From positions 806,001 to 870,000 of the forward strand of contig NC_045696.1 of assembly GCF_009834535.1 (NCBI RefSeq): a DNA stretch of 64,000 nucleotides, written 5' to 3'. Below the pieces are notes generated by a model. It did not search any database. It saw nothing but the letters and a program-made list of their open reading frames with translations, and was not told the origin of the DNA. Position numbers and translations under genes: made by a program. This DNA is from Camelus ferus. Taxonomy: Eukaryota. Below are positions 24,454-37,718 of the stretch, piece by piece (position 1 is the first letter of the stretch; each line of letters opens with the position of its first letter).

Positions 24454-27400
24454 CTAAAACCAGAGAGACAGAGGCACACTCAATGTTAAGCATTAACCGA
24501 CGTTAGCGCTGCACTGTATTTGCTTCCGCTTCCTTCTAAATGAATAAAACACACGAAAGGCTAGAAACAGGTGCCCCAGCTGCCCAAGAGGCCCTGCCAT
24601 TGCACTCCTACCACACTGCATGTGCCCCAACCAGATTCCCCACCACGTTGTGTGCTCAGAAAACTGTCGTAAACGGCATCACAGGGCACACGTCCGCTGC
24701 CGCGGACACTCAAGACCAGGTTGTCGGGACGCGCCCGCGCTGATGCACACAGGTCTAACTCTCCTTTCTGCACAAGTGTGGTCACGGATCGGGCCCCAGT
24801 GTTTACACAGGGACCCGCTCACGCCTGTCTCCTTGGCACACCCGCCTGGTTTTTCTCGAGTGTACTCCCAGGAGTAGGGCCGCAGGGTCATGGGGTAAGG
24901 CAGTCCTCCACTTCCTGGGACACTGCCCAGCTGATCCCAGGGGAAGCCGGGTCTGGGTGCTCTCCAGCTTGCTTGTCGAGGCTCAGAACCTTCAGCTTCC
25001 ATTTGCCAGGGAAGTCAGGCCGCAGCCCCTCCCCAGTCACATCCGTGGGGCTGAGGGCGGCGGGGTCCGTCCTGCGTGGAGACTGGCTGTCACTCCCTCC
25101 CAGGTGCCCAGGTGTCCCGGTGCCTTCTCCACCCTGATCCTGGTCCTTGGCGGTCCTGATCAGTGGCCTTCCTTGCACCGTCTGCACGCAGGTCCAGCCC
25201 CCAAGGGCATGAGGAGGTTCCAGGAGGACACTGAGGACCCTGGGCTTATGGAGGAATGTGGGGAGGGGAGGGGAGGCTCTCAGGAGCAGGGCTGGGGGCT
25301 GGCAGTTTCCCGCAGTCAGGACAGGACGAGGGTCCTGGGTGGGAGGATGGCTGGCCGGGCCCATAATGAGTCTCGGGAGGGAGGTACCCACACGATGTCC
25401 TGTGAGTGGAGACCCAGGGAGAGAGGGCAGAGGAAGTGAGCTTTCAGATGCGGAAGAGAGAGTCCACAAGGCCCAGGAAAGGGGCGTCCCTGAGGCAGGG
25501 AGGGCGGGCCGGGTGGGGCAGCGGGACAAGAGGTGTTCAGAAAGGAGCTCGAGAACAGTTGATGACCCTCTGGTCATGCATAAGCTTCAGGGCAGGAGGA
25601 GGTGGCAGTCCGGCCGAACAGGAACAAGAGGGACTGCAACTCAACGTTATTCCAAAAATTCAGGCCCTGCAGTTAGTAAATTTAAGATAACCAGGAGCCA
25701 GACACTTGAAAAGGAAAGGCGTTAAAATGATTATTTGTGATAATCTGAGTCTCCACCTAACACATCCCAGTGTATGAGACGCCACAGGATGGGGTTTACT
25801 AGTTGGCAGATTATAAACTAAAGACGCAAAAGTGAGTATCTTTCCTATTATCAGTGATACTTACAATAGAATGAAGAACGTGAAATGTAAATGACTGGGG
25901 CTGCTGAAGAGGACTCCACCCAGGACACCGTGGGGCCTTCCCGCGGGGGAGGGCCCTCCCAGCCTAAGCGAGGGACTGACCAACCAAGATTCGTGACAGA
26001 AGGACTGCGGTATTCATCTGGAAGCACAGAGGCGAGCAATAAACTAGAATTTTGGAGAAAACCAGTAACATGGGTCGTGAGTTGACCTTTCTGCAGGAAC
26101 AGAGAGGTGGCGGGACAGAGCGCCCAGCAGCACGCTCGGGAGCATCTACGGGGAGTTACTGGGTGAAGGCGGCGCTCCCACCAGAGGGATTCTGGTGAGC
26201 TGTGATGGCAGTGGGGCCACTGGTTGATCCTTTGAAAACACAACAAAACAGGGTGCAGTCATCCCTGCCCTGCCCCTGCGCCACTGCGCCCCATTTCCCT
26301 ACTGCCAGAGAGCAAGTCCCCACAACTGGGAACTGAACACAGTGCCCGCCTGAGCTCATGGCCGGGAATGGCACAGGTCTGGACGCAGGGTGGTTGGTTC
26401 GGGGGACGCAGGACTCAGGTCTGCCCAGTTGTGGCTGGCTGAGCGCAGTGCCCTGGGGCTGTCAGCTGTCAGCTGGGCCTCTGGGCTCCCAGCAGCTGCC
26501 TGTGTCTCCGGCCCCCTCCCCCTCCCCTCTCCCACCCCCAGAGCTGACTGAAAGGGCTCCTGGGCTTAAGGCTGGCACCTCCTCTGACTCACGCAGTCAG
26601 CTGACTGGAAGCCTTAATTACATCCGCAGCATCCCTTCCCCAGGCGACACAGCACAATCGCGGGGCGGTCCCACACCCCACCCACTCTCCAGCAGGAGCT
26701 GAGCAAAGCTTAGAGGCTGGGGCAAAAAGCCTCCAGATCTGCTGGCGCACCTCCTCCTCCTGGCCAACTTCTGTTTGGTTCCCCAGCAGGAGGTCCTGGA
26801 GGGAGGTGGGGAGGCCGGCCGGAGGCGGGGTGGGGTGGGGGGACCAGTGCGGGGGCAGCAGCCAGGAGGGACAGGGCAGCGTCGCGAGCAGCGAAGTGGC
26901 CCTGCGGGAGAATGCGGAATCTGTACGGCACCAGCCGGAGGCCAGGGCTCTCCAAACCCCTGGAGCCCATGTGGCCTGTGACACGGGCCCAGGGGCCTGC
27001 TCTACGGAGGACTCTCAGCTTGAACCCCACCCCCTCTCAACTGCCCATGACTCGCTGCTCTCAGCCTCAGCTCATTCTAAATATGAACAAGAAAATACCC
27101 ACCTTTCGGTGATGCGACAAGTACTCTGTAATTTGCAGAGTGCTACACAAATGAGGAGTTTTAAGCCTTCTTCTGCCAGAAAAATTCTAGAGTAAGATTA
27201 GGAGGGAAGAGAAAGGAATAGAGAAAAGTGAAGAATGCATTTACTATATTATTTCTGAAAGCATTCAGATACAAAACTGCCAGGATCCAACTGTTTGCTG
27301 GGGCTGGGGAGAAACGGAGGCCTGCACTCTGGGGAGAACGCATCTCCTGACCATCCCATGTGCACAGGGCCTGGAGCCTGCGGGCTGCCCCAGGGGCAGG

Positions 27401-28860
27401 GAAGAGCTGGTCCTCGGGGACAAGAGGGAAGGCAGGCAGCATCATCTCCACGGTCCCCAGCCTCGGCCCTGCGGCCTCCAAGCGCCCTTCCTGCTTACGC
27501 AGACCTCTCCTCCCTCTGCCTCAAGGAACATGATCTGCCCTGCTTACAAAGCGAGAGGAAGTGTCAGTGCCCCAGGGGGTCCTCCCCTGCCACCAACAGC
27601 ACCACCCACAAAGTCACTTGGTCCCTTCCCCACACCTTGATGACCCCACCATAAGGGACCCACCTCCAGGGCTGGGCCAGCACAGCCCTGAGCAGGACAA
27701 CGGAGCCTGGGAGTCCAGAGAACACATGCAGGAGCCACGCTAAGCAGGGGCCCCAGTGACATGGCTCTGGGACCTACTGGGTGTCTGTGCCCCCGGGCAA
27801 CCCGCAGGGTTGGACAGAAGGGCCCCTTGGTGGGGCAGCTGTGAGGAGGAGGCCCCATCCAGTTGAAAGGCCACGGCCAGATCATGGCAATGCCTCTTGA
27901 GGGAAAGGAGGGGCCCCTGAGAGCTCGAGGAGGGAACTTCACCACCACAGGACAGCTGACCAGCTCGGTCACGGTCACAGAGATGTTGGAGGGATATGCG
28001 CCAGTTACAAATGTGATCGTTTTTATACTGTGATTATTTTAAACTTTAGTAGATGACGAAGAAGAGCCGTGTGGCTTTGAATCCCCATTACTGTGCTGCT
28101 GATGCCCGCTGGCCTGCTGCACCTCGTCTTGTCACCCGAGACAAACTCTTGCTCCGCAGACACAGACACAGTGATGGGCCTGAAAGCATCCGCTGTCCCT
28201 CGGGAATCCCTCCAGAGGAGCCCACAGCCCAGGTCGAGAACCAGAAGGAAGCATGCAGCAGGAAGCGTCTGCAACATGTGGGTGCCTCGGCTCTGCAGTG
28301 GCAAAGATGTGGTGACACCCAGAGGTGTGGGTGTGGGTCGCCTCCAGTGGAGCTGTGTGGAGAGGGGCGTACGTGATCCCCCTGGGTCAGCCCTGCCCCC
28401 GCTCCCTTCACGTGGGGGCCAGGCAGCCAGCAGCAGGGCCAACCCATGACACCCGCCATCGGGGCAGCCGGCGCTCCACCCATCAGTCCCCCCCACAGGA
28501 CTGCTCTCCTCCAGCAGAGCCAGATCTGGGATGAGGCTTCTGCGGGTGGTCGTGACCAAGACCAGCGGTAAGGAGGGCAAGGCTGTTGTGGGCAGAGATC
28601 TTCCAGGTCAGGGGAGTGGGCATGGAGACGAGGATGGGTGAGCCTGGACCTCAGCCTCCAGAAGGATGCAGGACCAGTGGTGGGGACAGAGGGATCAGGG
28701 CAGAACCACTAGGAAGGATGCAGGTGTGTGTGGTACCGCAGGTGCCGGACCCACAGGCACAGGGCAGAGAGCTGAGGGCTGGCGGGAGAGCACAGACAGA
28801 CAGACAGACAGACAGCGAGGACAGGAGGTGGCCAGGGCTGGCTGTGAGGGTGGCCCGGAG

Positions 28861-29327
28861 GGGCCTCGAGGTCACCATCAGCCCACATCTCAAGATGCAC
28901 AAAACGTGCACAGGGCCACAGAGGTGCCAGGGGGTCACCTCCTCACCCTCGGGCCTTGAAGTCTTGGCTTCCTCGCAGGGGTTGGGGGGTGCGTTCCTTT
29001 GCCACAAAAGAAGTCTCTCCCCTACGCAGAGGCCTGGTCCATGGGGGTCAGAGCCTGCAGGCCAGCTGCTGCCTCCTGCTCTCCGCAGCCATGAGATGGG
29101 GCCTGCCAGGGACGTTGGGCTGGGCTCAGACGAGAGCAGGAAGCCCCAGAGAGTAGCAGCTGAGAGCCCAGCCCGGGGCCCACCCGAGCCCCTCCGTCTG
29201 CGCTGCCAGCCCTCTGCCAGCCCTCATCCTCAGGCCCGAGGGTGAGGAGGTGACCCCCCGGCACCTCTGTGGCCCTGTGCACATTTTGTGCATCTTGAGA
29301 TGTGGGTTGATGGTGACCTCGAGGCCC
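28861..29327. repeat. 96-bp inverted repeat (93/96 identical), 275-bp spacer
   Basis: 28861-28956 is the reverse complement of 29232-29327, with mismatches at 28881/29307, 28905/29283 and 28929/29259. Confidence 0.97.
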
Positions 29328-30759
29328 TCTGGCCTCCCTGCTGGCCCGCGCTCAGTGCTGCTTCGACCACACTCGGAAACTCCCTCTGGCCGTGAACCCT
29401 GAGTCCAGAGGACTGCATAGGACCTGGGCCGGTTCACCCTCCGTGGAAAGCAACCTGGTGATGGGAGGAGGCACCCTGGGCCACGGAGACCAAGGTGCTC
29501 CCAGCCTCCCAGGCTCCCAACCCCAACGTCCCCTCGAGAGGCTGCTGGCCTCATCTCGCTGGAGCTTTTAAGTTACATGCTGAGGCACTTATTTTGTTTT
29601 AATTAAAACCCCAGTTTGAGAACAGTGTTGAGGAACGAAAGCAGAGAGCCCGGCTCCAGCCCCACAGCCCCAGCAGCCCCGCCGCTGCCTGCCCGGGCTC
29701 GTCCAGGACCCCCACCCCGGCCCCTCACATCACTGCCTCCCAGAGTCTCGCGGGGCACCTGTCGGAGGAGAAAGGTCATCACGCTTTCCACTGAAGGAGT
29801 CATTTTACTCATTTATTCAACAGCCATCGTTGTGACATGATGTGCACCCCGAGGGAAGCTGCAGGGGCGCTACGAGGCACTCACGGCCTTCCCGCCCGAC
29901 AGCGGGTCCCCTTTGGGCCTGACTCCGTCCTGCACGTGCCCACCGTCCCTGCCGGTCCACGCCATCTGAGCGAGGTCGGCAGACGCACTCCTAGACCCCC
30001 AATACTTCAGAGTGGGTTTTCTAAAAGCAAGGACACCTGGTAGACAAAGTACAATGATCGAACCTAACCTAACCTTCACACCTAACTGGCCACCCACTCA
30101 CCAGCCCCGCCACAGACACACCCGAACTGCATGAGCCCTCGAAGTTTACCTTCATAAAAATAGCAGCAGAGGGCACTCTAGAGCCGTGAAATTAGGAATG
30201 CTATTATTTTGTAACACCTCCCTTCTAAAAAGGTCAGGAAAACAAATTTCACGAGAAGTCAAATCCATACAAGACAAAAGAAAACAAGAAACAAAGTAAT
30301 ACCCCACCGACAACAAGCACACACCGTGCACCGTAGGGCCACGCTGACACAATGGAAAGACTCTAATCTAGTATCTTTAAACTGATTAAAGACATTAAGA
30401 TAATGATGCAAGAGATGAAAACATATAAATCAGAATCAGAGAAACTCAAAAATTAAGTCACACAGTTCAGGAAAGAGTAGGGAATAAAAGAAAAATATGC
30501 CAAAAATCAAGATGAAATTAGAAGACACACAAGACTGAAGAAACACAACGAGGGGAAATGGATGAAGGTGAACCTTGTGGAAAGTCAGAAAGAAAATAAA
30601 GCAACGAGAGAGACTCAGGAAAGGCGAGGCCCAGGGAGGACGCGCCAAGACCAGACAGACAGGCACGGAGCGCAGAGAAGGCGGGAGGCGGGGCCCGGCA
30701 CCTCTCCCAGCCGCAGCTCCGCAGAACTCTGCTGAGCCGACAAGCGTGTTTAGCACTGA

Positions 30760-32800
30760 ACGCGCTGCTGGGTTCAGTCTGCCAGCGTGCTGTTTAGGGT
30801 TCGCACCTCTGACCCCAGAAGGTAAAGTGACCTGTAGACTATTTTAAGATTACCTGCATGATTTTTACATCATAGTGCTGCTGACCTCATAAAACGATTG
30901 GGGAACTCTGACTTCTTTCTATTCCCTAAAAGAGTCTGCATACCTTAAAAACTATATTTCCTTTGGGATGTGCTGGAAGGTGCCGATAGAGAACTAGCCA
31001 CCGTGGCACGGGAGTGCAGACCCCCGAGCCCCGTCTCAGCCCTTTCCATGTTGATCCAGACTCTCCACGTCACGTCGAGGCAATTCTGTCAATTTCCATT
31101 TGTCTAGCAGATTATTCATCTCCTCCAGATTCCCCAGTTCCTTTGCGTGGGGCTGTAAATAGCCCCACATCTGTAGCTCCAGCTACTTCTGTTACCTGAG
31201 TTTTACATTTTCGCCTTTCCCCCCTTGAGCAAAGTTGTTTAAGTATTTTACAGTCCTTTGCCAGAAATTATTGCACCGACACCAAGTTTTCGTGTTCTGC
31301 TGTGTTCATCTCTGCCATCACCTTCATTCATTTTTCATACTGTGTCTTGAATCATTTTGTAAATCTTTCTCTATAGGGTTGTCCCACTTATTTTAAGTGT
31401 TTCCGGTTTTCCAGCATTTTCCCGAGAGTTGTTTGACGGCCTCGCCCATGTTTTGATGTGCCATGTTACCTCATTTTCATTACTTTTTATACAGTTTATG
31501 CTTTTTATGTAAAAGCATCCCCAAATCTCCAGGGATAAGTCTGGGTTACTTTCGGTTACATCTTGTGGTTGATTTCCATCTTTATCGTACTTAATGACTT
31601 CTACCGTTGAAAAATAAGATTTTCTTTAAAATCAAACACACAGTAAATATATCTGAGTGATCCTGGTGCATTTGAAAAAAAGAAAGGAAGGAGGGAAGGA
31701 AGGAAAGATGGAAAGTAGGAGAGCACATTCTGCATCTGTCACAGAGTTTGTTAAGAATGCTACTCAGATTCTTCACAAGCAAGAGAATTCTGTCGTCCTG
31801 ATTTTTCAGTTAAAGTTTCCCATCAGGATGCTGCGTTTCCCTGTTTCCTGCCCGTAGAAGCTTTTCCTTCCTGTATAACTCTACGTGGAAGTCCACGAAT
31901 GTCATGTCTTCTCAGAGGCGCGTGACCTACAAAACCAAGTGCCTTTGTCCCATTTAGTGCTTTTTATCTTTTCCTTGAAAACAAGGCTGCGAGGCTGCTG
32001 CCCTGTGGTTCGCGTTTGCTTAGTGTCCTTCCCATTAATGAGTTTTCTGTTTCTGTGTCATTCTGAAGACAATCCGAGTTTTGCCTCTTTATAGAGAAAT
32101 TTCACATACATTTGAAGTAATCCCTACATGATGTGATGTCTTGCTTTACACATTTTCTTTGATTTCTAATTTTTTCCTTCTACTGTACCCTTTGATGACT
32201 TAATCAGACTTTCTTTGTTCCAGAGTTTTTCCTCTACATCTGAGGCTGCGCAATCTGTGCCTGTGACTGGTGGCTCCTTGTAATCAGTTAACGTGTTTAA
32301 ATGCACATTTATGCACTACGGGCTCAAGCAGCATCTACATATCCCCCAGAAGAAGGAGCTGTCGTTCTCCCTCTCATCACTATGTCAATCGTATACGTAA
32401 GATTTTTTCAACTGTTACTTTAATTTGCACACCGAACACAGCAGCAATTACTCAGAGCCAGCGACACACTCTACTGGTGCTTCCCGCTGTCATCAGTGGA
32501 CCTAGACACGCCCTCCTGTGCCAAAGGCTCTGTCTTCATTTCGCCGGAGTCTTCAGGGTGAGTCCTGTATTGTCTGAAAGCACCTGGCCTTTGCCCTTGG
32601 ATTTGAATTCTGGCTGTGTCTCAAATTCCATGTTGGAATCATTTTTCCCCAAGCACTTGGAAGATATTGGTTCAGGTAATTCTAAAATATGCATTTGTCA
32701 GGAGGAATTTGTTATCAGCTGACATCCAGACCCCTGTCCCTCCTGCTGACCACTTCAGGGATTCTCTCGGGTCGCTTCCCAGCGTGGTCCCGGCTGTCAT
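30760..32800 (-). mobile_element. Very old, decayed L1 fragments
   Basis: T-rich plus strand with antisense L1-like motifs (acctcataaaacgattggggaa, attttcatacctg-like, ttttcctt runs). Boundaries are approximate. Confidence 0.55.
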
Positions 32801-32840
32801 GGTTTCTCACCCCCCTTGCTCAACCTTCAACACCCGACAC

Positions 32841-33117
32841 GCTCTGCGCTCTGAGAAGGTCCCTCCAGGGTGTGCACTGTCCCTCCAGCCCCTCTGCTCT
32901 GCGCTCTGAGAAGGTCCCTCCAGGGTGTGCACTGTCCCTCCAGCCCCTCTGCTCTGCTCTGAGAAGGTCCCTCCAGGGTGTGCACTGTCCCTCCAGCCCC
33001 TCTGCTCTGCTCTGAGAAGGTCCCTCCAGGGTGTGCACTGTCCCTCCAGCCCCTCTGCTCTGCTCTGAGAAGGTCCCTCCAGGGTGTGCACTGTCCCTCC
33101 AGCCCCTCTGCTCTGCT
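32841..33117. repeat. Minisatellite, 53-bp unit x5
   Basis: gagaaggtccctccagggtgtgcactgtccctccagcccctctgctctgctct starts at 32853, 32908, 32961, 33014 and 33067. One unit carries an extra gc. Confidence 0.97.
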
Positions 33118-35199
33118 TCTCAGACCCCCCAACAGACAATGGTGCTCCTCAAACTTGCTTCGGTCTCACCCTTTTCTCTCACCCTCCCCACTTCTCTGTC
33201 CCTGAGACCTGCGTTCTGGAACAGCTCTGGGCCCCATAGGCCTGTGTTCTAGAATAATCCTTGGTTCATTTGTTCAATCAGATTCCGTCTTCATTTCTGG
33301 CTGCTCTGCAGTTTTAGCCATCCTGATTGCTTCGTTCTGGTCACTTTTCCCCATGGCCCTTGGTTGCTGCTTTTGAAGACCCAGTGTTAGGCCTGCTCCT
33401 CCCTCGCGGTGCTAACTCTGTGGTTGCACTCGGCACCTCTCCCTCCTGCTGTTCGGTTCTCCTCGAGTGCGGGACAGCTCTTGGCTCCGCCCCCAGTTCT
33501 GCTTTTGAGAACCCTGACTTGCCTGCCGGGGATCCTGGTTCTGAGCTGAGTGTCCAAATTCTCACACGTATCCACAGAAGCCTGTCTTGTGTGTCTTCTG
33601 CAGTATTGCAACTCCACAAGCATTATGTGAGTCTCTCTCTTAAAATTAACCAAAGGCCTGGTCCTCTGACGGCAGTCACTCCCGTCTCCTCGGACGTCGT
33701 GAATGTCCATCATGGCTGCTTTCTTAAAGCTTCCGTCTTTGGGGACCTTCTGGTACAGGTGACAGCAGATGAATGTTCTCAGGTAACCATCCTGTTCAAT
33801 CGGCAGGAGACTGATTTGTGGACTGATCTGACTGTCTTTTTCTCCCCTATTTTGGGTTTCCTCCATAGCCAGCTGATAGAAAGACAAAAAAACACCCTCC
33901 TTAAGTTCCGATTGATAAATTAATCTCAACAGCCAGGGCCTGGGGCCCACGTGCGGCCTCCACTGTTTCCCAGTCTGGCCCGGGAAAGGTCCCCGCAGAG
34001 GTGCAGGTCCCTGGGCTTGGGGACAACTTGCCTGAGGGGAGGAGGGCGTGGCTCTGGAGCAGACAGCCGGAAACCCTCACCTCCTCGCTCCCAGGAGCAG
34101 AACCTAACCACGCAGCCACTCTGTATTTATTTAAGACTTACCCTGCAATTTCCCTGTTGTCTGTAATTACCCTGTGTCACCACACAACACTTGCCCTAGT
34201 TAATCGGGTGGCAGTTACCATGGAAACCAAGTATTGTTCTTTAACTTGAAAAGGCAGTTGTATTTTTAAATATTTTCTAAGTTGTATTCTGCTTTGATAG
34301 AGATTCGATCACAGCTGCTCCCACCTTGAAGAGAGTGTCATCAGCCCTGCCGTCTGCCATGTCCCCGGCCACGGCCCCTCCTCCAGGAAGCCTGCCAGTC
34401 CCTGCTCCTCTTCAGAGTCACCATCACCGCCCTCTCCACTGTGCTCTGCTCCCTCTGTCCTCACTTGCTGCCTCAGCTGTGCTCGGAAAAGCCACAGCCC
34501 TCCGTCTGCACACCTCTCCCAGGCAGCTGCACAGCACGAGGGCCACACAAGCCGCTTCCACTCCCCTACAGACAGCGAGCAGGCCACATGACACCAGCCC
34601 TCACGCTGCTCTTCCCGGCTCCGCCAGGCTCCCGGTCTCCCAAATATTCCTGCACAAATCTTACAAGCTATGAGAAGTTCAACTCTAAGTTAAACCATAT
34701 GAAATTATCTTTGACTGTGTGTCAAAAACGGCTGAACACAGTTCATGAGGACAACATACATTTCACATCAACTTCTGTCTTCAAACTCCTGGTCCCCACC
34801 CTCAGCCTCCTGGGACAACCCACCATCTCAGCTCGTCCACCCCAAAGCCAACCAGTCGCCTGTCCCCCAACACAGAAACCAGGGCTGTTCCCGCTCATCA
34901 GTAACCCTCCCCCCGCGACCCCCAGCCCTTCCCCTCAGACCCTCCTCCCTCTGAGGCTCACTTGTCAAAGCCCCAGCTTCACTGCCCCTGCCTGGCCCCT
35001 GCTCCCTCTCCCACATACACCCACCACCGATGACCCACTGGAAGCCCAGCTCTCCCCCTCCCATGACAGTGAGATGGAGTCAGCCTGCCCACAAGGCTGT
35101 CCTCCAGCTCAGACCCCACCACGACATCCATTCCTGCCGGCCCACCCTTGCTTCTCTCCTCTCACTGTCGCCCCCTTGGTGGCACCCACGCTCCCTGCG

Positions 35200-36160
35200 T
35201 GAAACTGGCACAAGTCCACACCTCCAGTGAGCCCTCTCTCCTGGGTCCCAGTCCCACCTGTCCAGCTGTATCCTCTACAGCTGCCCGCATGTCCCTGTGT
35301 CTCACCTTTACATGTCCAAGGCCGGCCACTCCGACCCCAACTCGAGCGCTGGGGACATGCTGTCCTCCCCGCCCCTCAGCCTGGACCCCCGTCCGCACCC
35401 CTCCCAGCCCACTCCACCAGGACTGTGCCCGGCTCTGCCTCCAAAACACACAGCCCTCACCCCTCCTCGCATCACCTCCCACCTGGGCGCAGGTAAAACC
35501 TCCTAACTGGTCTCCACTTCCACCTGGGGTCCCCTCAGCATCTGTTCTCCACACAGAGAACCGAAATCTGCTCAGACCCCTCCTCACCCACTCACAGTGA
35601 AAGCTCCCACCAGGCCACCACACCTGCTCCTCACAGCTGCCCTGCACACGGTTCCAGCCACACTGGTCCCCGCTGCTCCCCAGCCTCCTCACCTGCGGCC
35701 CTCGCACCGGCTATTCCCTCTGCCCGGAGTGCTCCTCTCCATCCGTGACCACTCCCTCAGCTTTACTTGAATGTCACCTTCTCAGTGAGGAACGCTGACA
35801 TTCCTGTTGATCACTGAGAACCCCTAAACACACACACATGCACACGCAAATGTGCACACACACACACACGAGCAAACGCACACACGCATGCACTTGCACA
35901 CATGCACATGAATATACACACACACGCACATGTACACATTCACAGTACACACGCAGATGCACGAACAGGCACACGCACACACATGCACACACGCACCCCC
36001 TCGCTCCTGCTCTGCCTTCCCCTCTCTGAGCCCATCACCTGCGGACTCAGCGCGCCGTCTACCTCTGATGTGTCTCTGGGGACAGAGCCTGTCACTGTGT
36101 TGCTGGTGGATCTGACCCAGCCCAGAACCAGACCTGGCGCAGAGCACGGTTTGGTCTGTC
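35200..36160 (+). mobile_element. LINE-2 3' portion with inserted CA-rich simple repeat
   Basis: cctcctaactggtctcc, tgttctccacacag, gctattccctctgcccggagtgctc, aatgtcaccttctcagtgagg and cccagcccagaaccagacctggc motifs. Confidence 0.75.
35828..35995. repeat. Degenerate (CA)n/(CACG)n simple repeat
   Basis: Alternating purine-pyrimidine tract of about 165 bp. Confidence 0.9.
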
Positions 36161-37718
36161 TGCTAAGGGACTCTGTCGACTCTGGGATAGCGACCCTTCC
36201 GGCCTTATTTAACGTCATTCTTAAAGTCAGTTCTGATCCTGAAGCTGCTCATCGCCTCTGCTATGTTTCTAACGTGAAGAGACGCACCCACGGCCAGAAA
36301 AAGAGTTAACTTTCTGTGTGGACGAAGAGTGACAGTCGCCACACTCCAGACTGCTCTGCTGCAAGAAGGCCGTTCCTTCTCCTCCCACTAAAAATCACCC
36401 GGTTAGAGGAAACGAGCAGACAAGAAGCGGGTCTGCATCTGAGCGGCAGAGGACAGAAGCAGGTGGGGGCTCGGCCCCGTCGGGGGCCTTCTCCACGCAC
36501 CCGGCGGCTGAGCGAGGTTAATGGGAGTCGGGGTGCAATTCAGGGTTAGGAACCTTCAAAGAAGTGTTCAAGCAGAGGGACAACCGGAAGTGAGGACTGG
36601 CCCGAGTCAGGTGGGAGCAGGGAGGGTGGAGCTCCAGGCTGAGGTGGGGCAACCGACAGGCGCTGAGGTTGGGCGCAGGCAGGGCACGGGTGGCAAGGCA
36701 GGCCGGGAGAGGCGGGGGCACAGGTGAGTCACTGTCGGAACAGGATGGGGCCGGGCAGGGAGATCACCAGCAGGGGTGGACGAGAGTACCTGGGACTGTC
36801 TCCTTCTCCCGGCCTGGGGACGCCTGTACTGCCAGCCCACCTGCTTCCCCCGAGGGTGAGGACGCTGGCCATCTACCAAAAAGCAAGGGAAAAGCGTCAC
36901 GTTACCCGATGAACTCAGCACCACGAGGTCTCTCTCACTCGTGGGGTCCACAGAGCACCCTGTACACTGGAAACTCCTTTTGCATGCGTCAGCAATTGCT
37001 ATCACAGAAATACATTTAAAAGAACCTGGCGACGCATTGGAAGAGTCAGAGGGGCCCTGTTACCTTGAGGGAGCGGAGCCTGGACGGCGGTTACCCACCT
37101 GGGAGGCTCCGTGACGGAACTCGGTGGAGCGGCAGGGAAATCCGTCCAAAAAGCTCAGGTGAAGCATCGAGGTCTCGCCGTTACCCTAACGACGCCTAAT
37201 GAATTCTGTTCTAGGGATACAGGCTGGACTGTGAAACATGCCAGAGCTTTAAAGGGAGGAGGAACTAGCGGTCCCTAAGCCCTCTGTCGCTCCCGTGCAC
37301 GTCCGTCTTCATTCTCCTACACACCCTGCGAGACCAGGAAGCAGGTGCCGCAGTCACTGCCTTACAGGGGAGGACTCGGCTGAAGAGGAAGCAGGCGTCA
37401 GGGCTGCAGGGCTGGCGATTCCTAGCGGGAAGATGCAGAGCGACTTGCTCGGAATCCATCCCGACGGGCTGCTGGCCCCTCTGGGACCTGCGCACACTCG
37501 TGGAGGAGCGGGAGGGGGCAGGTAAACGTGATGCTCATTGCTACTTACAGCATGTAAGTGACTGTATTCTGGGTCCCTTCTCTGGAGGAGCAGTAACGGT
37601 GCTGGAACTCTGCCATGTTCTCCAGAGTGGTGGGTGGGTCACATGTTTCAGGTTTCAATTATTAAGTAATATGTAATATTAACATACGATGAGTTTGACC
37701 TGGCCATGTGTGTAGAAC

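Noticed and set aside
28861..29327. MITE/DNA transposon with terminal inverted repeats
   Set aside because: No TSD is visible outside the arms and the termini resemble no hAT or Tc1/mariner ends I know. Kept as an inverted duplication.
32841..33117. CRISPR-like array
   Set aside because: The units are contiguous and identical with no unique spacers, there are no cas genes, and the DNA is mammalian.
33387..33950. 187-aa ORF with protein-like composition
   Set aside because: I recognise no family and see no convincing donor. It adjoins decayed minus-strand L1 sequence and is more likely an old repeat remnant.
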